Shown piece by piece: positions 7,987 to 13,907 of a stretch of 13,907 nucleotides of DNA; the first letter of the stretch is position 1, and each line of letters opens with the position of its first letter. The notes beneath the pieces are model-generated. The model did not search any database. It saw only the letters and a program-made list of their open reading frames with translations, and had not been told where the DNA came from. Position numbers and translations under genes: made by a program. Source of the stretch: an uncultured archaeon (GTDB taxonomy: Archaea; Asgardarchaeota; Lokiarchaeia; Sigyniarchaeales; Promethearchaeaceae); the NCBI GenBank assembly GCA_964426185.1, contig CAYRPF010000070.1, forward strand, positions 1 to 13,907, written 5' to 3'.

Positions 7987-8766
7987 GTGAGCAGCACACC
8001 TTCAAACGATGAAAAAAATGAACTTCGCGTCTTTCAATTAAATGATGAAAAAGCAACATTTGAAGAATTAGAACTCGAATCAAATGCAAAAATAACAGAG
8101 TTGCTAAAATCTGACATAATTCTATACTTTATCAAACCTAAAACCTTTCGTTCTTATATTTGGACTGGAGCTCAAGCTAGTACTCGAATGAAATTCATAG
8201 CTGCCAATGCAGCTACTAGAGTCAGAGATAAAGTCGGGCCTGCAATCAAAATCTCTACCGTGGAAGAAGATGAAGAGCCAATGGCATTTAAGATATTTTT
8301 AGGTTTGGAAGAACCCGTGAAATATGATGAAACACAAACCGGACCAGCATATGAAGGCCGGACAGAAGATGAAGGTTTACTGGAAGAAATGTCTTTGGAA
8401 AAAATTGTGCTCACTTTGGAAAAATTAGGCACTCCAGAAGATGCTGTACGTGAGATGGTTCTAGTAGGGAATGATATTTACGGCTATCATGAAAATTACA
8501 AAAAATATTTTGGTGAAATCATTAAAGAACGAAAGTTATATCCTTTGGAAGAAAAAGTCCCTGATGGAATGTATAAACAAGAAAATCTTTATCCCCGGTT
8601 TTTGATAAGTCACAATCGAGTAGTTTTAGTGGAATTTTTCCGCAAAATAACACCAGAAGAACAAGAACAAAATGAACGTGAAGCCGAAAAACTGACAGAA
8701 CTCGCTCAAGCAGCTAAACCTTTCTCAGAATCAAGCCCTGATTCTAATACAGAACAAGAAATATAG
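7987..8766 (+). CDS. Gelsolin-domain protein (one gelsolin repeat, an uncharacterised C-terminal domain and an acidic tail)
   Basis: Residues ~11-107 match the gelsolin fold consensus: LRVFQL...LLKSDIILYFI...SYIWTGAQAS...KFIAANAA...ISTVEEDEEPMAFKIFLG. SD-like AGTGAG precedes the GTG start. Confidence 0.85.
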   Translation: MSSTPSNDEKNELRVFQLNDEKATFEELELESNAKITELLKSDIILYFIKPKTFRSYIWTGAQASTRMKFIAANAATRVRDKVGPAIKISTVEEDEEPMAFKIFLGLEEPVKYDETQTGPAYEGRTEDEGLLEEMSLEKIVLTLEKLGTPEDAVREMVLVGNDIYGYHENYKKYFGEIIKERKLYPLEEKVPDGMYKQENLYPRFLISHNRVVLVEFFRKITPEEQEQNEREAEKLTELAQAAKPFSESSPDSNTEQEI

Positions 8767-8775
8767 TGATAAATT

Positions 8776-8919
8776 ATGTCTCCCGTTCCAACTAGAAAAA
8801 CTCGAAGATCTAACAGAAATCAAAGCCGTATTGCAAAAAAGCAATGGATCGCATATAGTATCATTTTAGTTGTCTTGATTTCAGTTATTATTACGATTGC
8901 ATTAGCTGGACATCATTAA
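8776..8919 (+). CDS. Uncalled 47-aa single-pass (tail-anchored-like) membrane microprotein
   Basis: Manual translation: MSPVPTRKTRRSNRNQSRIAKKQWIAYSIILVVLISVIITIALAGHH*. It starts 9 nt after the gelsolin stop, has AGTGAT upstream, and its stop overlaps the LRR gene stop (TTAA, 8916-8919). Confidence 0.75.
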   Translation: MSPVPTRKTRRSNRNQSRIAKKQWIAYSIILVVLISVIITIALAGHH

Positions 8920-9548
8920 TCCACTGATCTACAGAAATTTTTTACTGCTTCAAGACCTTTTGTGATGATTTTTTGTTCTTCAAGTGGAAATCTGGCCTTA
9001 TCCAAGCGCAATTCCACCAAATTTTCTAGTAAATGTAAGTTTTGCAGATGCTTAATAGGATTTTGCCGAAGATCTAAGATTTTTAAATTAGGTAGATTTA
9101 ATCGGGGAATTTCACAGATCATGTTATGAAATAAGTTTAAAATTTCCAACTCCTTCAAATTTTCCAGATTTTCCCATGATGAAAGGTGGTTATGGGATAA
9201 ATCCAGTGATTTTAGATGAGTTAACTTGGTGATCGGTCCCAAAACTGCGTTAGTTAAACGATTATCTTGTAGATTCAATGCTATTAAATTAGTACACCTT
9301 TCTAGATTTCGCAATTTTTTTAGTTGATTAGCGGGCAGCTGTAATTTTGTGAGAAATGGTAAATCTTTTAACTGTCGGGGAATAATAACTATTCCGGCCG
9401 AGATTAACTGTACTTCTTTAACATGCCCATTAGCAATCGTGAAATTAAAACCAAAATTTTGTTCAATCGATTCCATAATACTTTTTATTACCCTTACTTC
9501 TGAAGGAAATCGAATTTGACGCAAAGTGCGTTCTGGATTATTAAACAT
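8916..9548 (-). CDS. Leucine-rich repeat protein (SDS22-like, about 6 repeats)
   Basis: ~22-aa repeats LxxLxLxxNxL/I: LTKLQLPANQL, LIALNLQDNRL, LKSLDLSHNHL, LEILNLFHNMI, LKILDLRQNPI, LVELRLD. N- and C-terminal cap segments are present. Confidence 0.92.
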   Translation of the reverse strand: MFNNPERTLRQIRFPSEVRVIKSIMESIEQNFGFNFTIANGHVKEVQLISAGIVIIPRQLKDLPFLTKLQLPANQLKKLRNLERCTNLIALNLQDNRLTNAVLGPITKLTHLKSLDLSHNHLSSWENLENLKELEILNLFHNMICEIPRLNLPNLKILDLRQNPIKHLQNLHLLENLVELRLDKARFPLEEQKIITKGLEAVKNFCRSVD

Positions 9549-9590
9549 TATTAAGCATGATCTATGCGTTCTGGATTATTAAACATTATT
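9527..9590. repeat. Perfect 26-bp direct repeat TGCGTTCTGGATTATTAAACATTATT (9527-9552 and 9565-9590) with a 12-bp spacer
   Basis: Seen directly. It duplicates the LRR start codon and first 7 codons. Confidence 0.95.
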
Positions 9591-9660
9591 GGTTATGTTT
9601 ATCAAAACACACTAAAGGAGGAAAAGATAACTTCCTTTGATAATAAAAAAAGTGATGCTA

Positions 9661-11172
9661 ATGGAGGAAATAATAAGAATTCAAAAGATGGTCAAATCTA
9701 AAATCGTGGCCACTATTGGGCCTGCTACTTCATCTGTGGAAAAATTAAAAGAACTTGCACAAGCTGGTGTGGATGTCTTTCGGCTGAATTTTTCGCATGC
9801 TTCTAAAGAAGGAACTGAGATGCAAGAATTATTTGAATGTATCCGTCAAAATACTCCCGAAATTGCCATTCTTTGCGATATTCAAGGTCCGAAAATTCGA
9901 ATTGGAAAAATGGCTGAACCTGTAATTCTCAAATACAGCGAAAAATTCTATCTTTATGAAGAAGATCGAATTGGTGATCAAAACGGTGCCAGTATATCGT
10001 ATAAGGGCTTTTATAATGATGTAAATGAAGGCGACTCTATTTTTATCAATGATGGCTTGGTACGTTTACAAGTGAAGACAAAAGATCCAAAAAAGCGTAA
10101 AATCGAATGTGTAGTGGTTGCTGGGGGGCCTATTTCATCAAAAAAAGGCGTAAATATTCCTAGCGGTAATTTAAGTACCCAAAATCCCACAGAAAAAGAT
10201 ATTCATGATTTAAAACTTATTGCGAAATTAAACCCCGAATATCTTGCAGCTTCATTTATTGCCAATGCTAAAGAAGTTAAGAAAATTCGGGCAATTCTAA
10301 ATAATGCAGGTGCTTCACGCATTAAAATTATATCAAAGATTGAACGACCTATAGCGATCACCAATTTTGATGAGATATTAGAGGTGTCTAATGGAATTAT
10401 GGTAGCACGAGGGGACTTGGGTGTTGAAATTCCCGCGGAAGAAGTACCAATTCGGCAGAAGGAAATGATTCTAAAATGTAATCGTGCAGGAAAACCGGTT
10501 ATTGTGGCAACCCAAATGCTCGAATCTATGATCAATAATCCTGTTCCGACCCGTGCTGAAGTTAATGATGTGTTTAACGCTGTCTATGACCGTTCTGATG
10601 CCGTCATGCTTTCGGGAGAAACCTCTATAGGTAAATTTCCAATAAAGGCCGTGCGCTATATGGATCGAATAATTGCCAAGGCTGAAGAGCATATTCCAGA
10701 TATTGATCCCCGCTCTACCGACTCAGATGAACCGGATATGTATGAAGCTGTGGGCCACGCCGTTTATGAACTCGCCCGGGTCTTTAGGAATGTAAATTTT
10801 CGGGGTAAAATTATCATGTTCACCCGTGGCGGTAAATCACCCCGAAAGGCGGCGAAATACCGACCAGAATTCCCTATATATGCAATCACACATAATCCCC
10901 GCACAGCACGCCAATTAAATCTAGTTTGGGGCGTCCAATCAGTTTTTATACCCACACTAAAGATGGAAGATTGGGACTCCGAAGAAATCATGCAGTACGG
11001 CATTCAAAAATTGGTGGAATGGGGTATCTTGGAGATGAAAGAGCATGTGATATGCACTGTTCCTTCCCGAATAAGTCCCGGAAAATGCAGCGTGATTGGT
11101 TTGTATTATGTTGAAGATATTTTGAATAAAATTAAGTTAAAACCTTCACATTATTCCCCCGAATGGAATTAA
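9661..11172 (+). CDS. pyk: Pyruvate kinase (K+-independent type)
   Basis: Motifs SKIVATIGPA, FRLNFSH, DIQGPKIRIG, KGVNIP, IISKIE, GIMVARGDLGVE, VATQMLESM, PTRAEVNDV, DAVMLSGETS. Start placed at ATG 9661 (AGTGAT upstream); 9655 or 9688 are possible, and the TTG at 9637 is less likely. Confidence 0.97.
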   Translation: MEEIIRIQKMVKSKIVATIGPATSSVEKLKELAQAGVDVFRLNFSHASKEGTEMQELFECIRQNTPEIAILCDIQGPKIRIGKMAEPVILKYSEKFYLYEEDRIGDQNGASISYKGFYNDVNEGDSIFINDGLVRLQVKTKDPKKRKIECVVVAGGPISSKKGVNIPSGNLSTQNPTEKDIHDLKLIAKLNPEYLAASFIANAKEVKKIRAILNNAGASRIKIISKIERPIAITNFDEILEVSNGIMVARGDLGVEIPAEEVPIRQKEMILKCNRAGKPVIVATQMLESMINNPVPTRAEVNDVFNAVYDRSDAVMLSGETSIGKFPIKAVRYMDRIIAKAEEHIPDIDPRSTDSDEPDMYEAVGHAVYELARVFRNVNFRGKIIMFTRGGKSPRKAAKYRPEFPIYAITHNPRTARQLNLVWGVQSVFIPTLKMEDWDSEEIMQYGIQKLVEWGILEMKEHVICTVPSRISPGKCSVIGLYYVEDILNKIKLKPSHYSPEWN

Positions 11173-11251
11173 TAAAAATGAAAATATTTTTACCATTTCA
11201 GTGTAATACTATATTTAAACAATTATTTTTAAAAAGAACATTGTGATTATT

Positions 11252-11521
11252 ATGGTAGAAAAAGTATGTGATGTATGTGGCGGAAAAAGTTTTAGAGTCG
11301 CTCATGATGAATGGATGAAACGTACATTCAGATTTGTTGAAACAGGTACGCTCAATATGTGTGATGGCTGTGGAGCTAAATATTTAGTTTGTCCAAAATG
11401 TGGTGCATTAATGACTAGAGTTCATCCCGCATTAGAAAAATGGGAAGTTAAAGATACCTGTTCAAACTGCGGTTATGTTGATAAGGAAATAAAAGCATGG
11501 GATGGTGTGAGCGCCCGGTAA
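11252..11521 (+). CDS. Small zinc-ribbon protein with four CxxC motifs
   Basis: CDVC, CDGC, CPKC and CSNC. The ATG at 11252 is preceded by GTGAT, and a TATA-like TATATTTAAA at ~11210-11219 lies about 30 nt upstream. Confidence 0.85.
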   Translation: MVEKVCDVCGGKSFRVAHDEWMKRTFRFVETGTLNMCDGCGAKYLVCPKCGALMTRVHPALEKWEVKDTCSNCGYVDKEIKAWDGVSAR

Positions 11522-11566
11522 AATTTTTCTTAGATTTTCTATACATCAGCTGCAATATCCAATTAT

Positions 11567-11582
11567 TTTTTTTGAATTTTTT
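11567..11582 (+). terminator. Putative oligo-T terminator after the zinc-ribbon gene
   Basis: Consecutive T-runs (TTTTTTTGAATTTTTT). Confidence 0.35.
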
Positions 11583-11675
11583 GAATTGTTAAATGATATT
11601 TCTTTTTGCCCAGAGGTGAAAAACCTCCCTAAAAATAGAAAAATCTTTCTTAAGCCTTATCCTAAAGTTTAAAAA

Positions 11676-11704
11676 ATTGAAATGTTATGAGACATTGAAA
11701 TGTT
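11676..11704. repeat. 11-bp direct repeat ATTGAAATGTT (11676-11686 and 11694-11704) upstream of the MFS gene
   Basis: Seen directly, just upstream of a TATA-like TTTTTAAA (11708-11715). Confidence 0.45.
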
Positions 11705-11784
11705 TTCTTTTTAAATGGCGCTAATGTTATAAGGAGAAGCGAGAAATTTATATCAATTGCTAAAAAAAATGTAGTTGAAAAAAT

Positions 11785-13245
11785 ATGTCAGAGATAAATA
11801 ATGAAAATTATGAGAATAACATAGAAGATATGCCTTATAAGGAGAATCCTTGGTATATTAAGGCCAGTTATGGCTCCAGAGAAATGTTTGGACAGTGGAT
11901 AACAATTGTATTCGGTTCTTTTGGAATTTTTTTCTACAAACAAGTTATCGGCTTAGATGTGGGTTTGACGACCGCTGCTTTTATTATTTGGAGTATATGG
12001 AATGCGGTGAATGATCCTTTAACTGGTTATTTAATGGAAAAGCTTCACATGCCTTGGGAGAAGAAAAAAGGGTTCCGGCGTTTTCCGTGGATAGTTCTTG
12101 GTGCGATACCTTGGTTATTTTCATATCTTATGATATATTTAGTGCCGTTAAATTGGGATCCTGTAATTGATCGATGGAAAATTTTCATTTGGTTGTTGGT
12201 ATCTCTTTGTTTATATGATTTATTTTACACATTATATGATGTAAATGCAATATCACTTTATCCAATCAAATTCCAATCTCAAAAAGAACGTCGTAGCGCA
12301 CAAATGTTTGGAACACTTTTAGGTATTTTAGGATTATCGTTAGGATTTACCATTCCAACTGCATTTATGGGTGAAGGTGCCAAAACCTATCAAACTGCCG
12401 CTTGGGTGAGTGTTATAGGAGGCGTTATTCTCTTTAGTTTCATGCTGCCTGGAGTATTTGAAGATAAAAGATTGAGGTTACTTAATTTACAACGTTCAAA
12501 ACATATTTCCAGTGAAGTACCACAGAATTTTCTGAAAAGCGCAAGAGAAGTTTTTTCCAACAGACGATTTGTTATGAAAGTAATATTCTTTTTCGGATAT
12601 CAAGCGTCGGTGGCTCTTATTAATGGCTCGGCAGCTTTTATTGTTGCTTTTATTATTCGAAAAGATATGTTTGTGGTGTTAATGGCGGCTATGTTGGGAG
12701 GCGCATTACTTTCTGTGCCTCTTTGGTTATACATCGGAAATAAATTGAATGATAACAAAAAAACCAGTATATTAGGAGCAATATGCATGATTCTTTCTTA
12801 TATTCCTATGATTTTCGTTACAACTCCGATTGGTTGGATTTTAGCCTTGTTTTTATTTGGAGCAGGATTAGGTGGACAATGGTTCATGGATCCGCCAACA
12901 ATGGGAGATGTTTTAGATGATATTGCCGTAAAAACCGGAAAAAGACAGCAATCGATCTATTATGGTTATCAGTCTTTTATTATCCGCTTTGGTGAAGCAT
13001 TTAAGGCAATTACCATTGGTTTAGCTCATTACTTTACCCATCTTCCTTCAGGGGTTGAAACCTACGATGAATTAGTGGCAAACACGGACAATGTTTCTTT
13101 GGCAATTTTTGGAATTCGTATTCACACTGCTATAGTGCCCATGATCTTAGTAATTATTGCAACTTTTCTTTTCTGGAAGTACTATGATTTAACTCCTGAA
13201 GTGGTTGCAGAAAATAAGAAAAAGCTGGCAGAAATGAATCTGTAA
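11785..13245 (+). CDS. MFS transporter, glycoside-pentoside-hexuronide (GPH/MelB-like, MFS_2) family
   Basis: About 12 TM helices, with IWNAVNDPLTGYLME, RRFPWI, QKERRS, MGDVLDD...TGKRQQSIYYG and a C-terminal FWKYYDLT. Confidence 0.92.
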   Translation: MSEINNENYENNIEDMPYKENPWYIKASYGSREMFGQWITIVFGSFGIFFYKQVIGLDVGLTTAAFIIWSIWNAVNDPLTGYLMEKLHMPWEKKKGFRRFPWIVLGAIPWLFSYLMIYLVPLNWDPVIDRWKIFIWLLVSLCLYDLFYTLYDVNAISLYPIKFQSQKERRSAQMFGTLLGILGLSLGFTIPTAFMGEGAKTYQTAAWVSVIGGVILFSFMLPGVFEDKRLRLLNLQRSKHISSEVPQNFLKSAREVFSNRRFVMKVIFFFGYQASVALINGSAAFIVAFIIRKDMFVVLMAAMLGGALLSVPLWLYIGNKLNDNKKTSILGAICMILSYIPMIFVTTPIGWILALFLFGAGLGGQWFMDPPTMGDVLDDIAVKTGKRQQSIYYGYQSFIIRFGEAFKAITIGLAHYFTHLPSGVETYDELVANTDNVSLAIFGIRIHTAIVPMILVIIATFLFWKYYDLTPEVVAENKKKLAEMNL

Positions 13246-13365
13246 GGAATTTTTTCATGAAATCAAATTTTATCATTTTTTCATGTCCAACTCAGCAATT
13301 CTCAGAAAATGCCATAACTCACTATGAGAAAGATTTAAGCGGGATGATAGAATTTTTTTTAAGAT

Positions 13366-13907
13366 ATGATATATTTAAAGATATTTAGTAAATTCCAAGA
13401 TAAGGAGGAATATATTTTATTAACTGACAGATTCTTCTTTGATAATAAGGCAAAATCGAGTCTTTGGTATCGTTTCATTTTTAAATTGTGGCCCAAAGCA
13501 GAGAGAGCTTTAGATCAAACAATTTCCAAATTTAATCACCAATATCATGAGAAATTTTTATCATTTCATAATTTTCCTTCTTATCTTATGAGATCTGAGT
13601 TAACTGAACTTAGAAAATTGCTGAAAAATTTTAAAAAATCCTTGAGATGGAAAAGATTGATATTTCCTTCTATTTTTAAAGCAATATATCTCACCTTGGA
13701 TCAAGAATTGAAGTTTCTACAGCAATATTCTCAAAATTATTTGATTTTCCAAAAACAAAAAAATCAAGATTTTTTTTCAAGCTTAAACGATGAGCAAATA
13801 AATGCAATCTTGATCAATGAAAAAGAAAATATTCTGGTAGCGGGACCTGGCTCAGGAAAAACTCGGGTGATCATGGATAGGGTTGGATTTTATTCCTTAA
13901 AACAAGA
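13366..13907 (+). CDS. UvrD/REP (SF1) helicase, HelD/helicase IV-like, 5' part only (runs off the window)
   Basis: Open frame from ATG 13366 to the window edge, absent from the ORF track. It ends ...DFFSSLNDEQINAILINEKENILVAGPGSGKTRVIMDRV, containing the Q motif and Walker A. The start codon is uncertain. Confidence 0.85.
   Translation, partial: MIYLKIFSKFQDKEEYILLTDRFFFDNKAKSSLWYRFIFKLWPKAERALDQTISKFNHQYHEKFLSFHNFPSYLMRSELTELRKLLKNFKKSLRWKRLIFPSIFKAIYLTLDQELKFLQQYSQNYLIFQKQKNQDFFSSLNDEQINAILINEKENILVAGPGSGKTRVIMDRVGFYSLKQ

Noticed and set aside
9527-9590. 26-bp repeat as a minimal CRISPR array
   Set aside because: Only two copies with a 12-nt spacer, the repeat is LRR coding sequence, and there are no cas genes.
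11613-11627. GAGGT-GAAAA-ACCTC hairpin as a SECIS-like or regulatory RNA
   Set aside because: The stem is only 5 bp, and the neighbouring genes have no in-frame UGA needing recoding.

Overview
AT-rich, gene-dense archaeal DNA. A gelsolin-domain protein, an SDS22-type LRR protein, GTGA(T/G)-type ribosome-binding sites and a GPH-family MFS transporter suggest an Asgard archaeon (Lokiarchaeia-like); this is an inference. Gene order: tungsten-type aldehyde:ferredoxin oxidoreductase coupled to an FAH-family enzyme; YkgJ CxxCxxCC protein (-); degenerate class I glutamine amidotransferase-like protein; an uncalled 57-aa zinc-finger microprotein resembling the first half of a LIM domain (-); a 108-bp decayed copy of part of the downstream hydrolase; a secreted, membrane-anchored DUF4424-like protein; an ABHD13/ABHD17/Bem46-like alpha/beta hydrolase (-) divergent from a YwaF/TMEM164-like membrane protein; a one-gelsolin-domain protein followed by an uncalled 47-aa tail-anchored microprotein; an LRR protein (-) whose start region is perfectly duplicated (26 bp); K+-independent-type pyruvate kinase; a four-CxxC zinc-ribbon protein; a GPH/MFS transporter; and the 5' part of a UvrD/HelD-like helicase cut by the window edge. 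I saw no rRNA, tRNA, CRISPR array or transposase. The most interesting candidate system is the 4.4-9.6 kb block, which may link actin regulation to the membrane. All family assignments come from reading motifs by eye, not from database searches.
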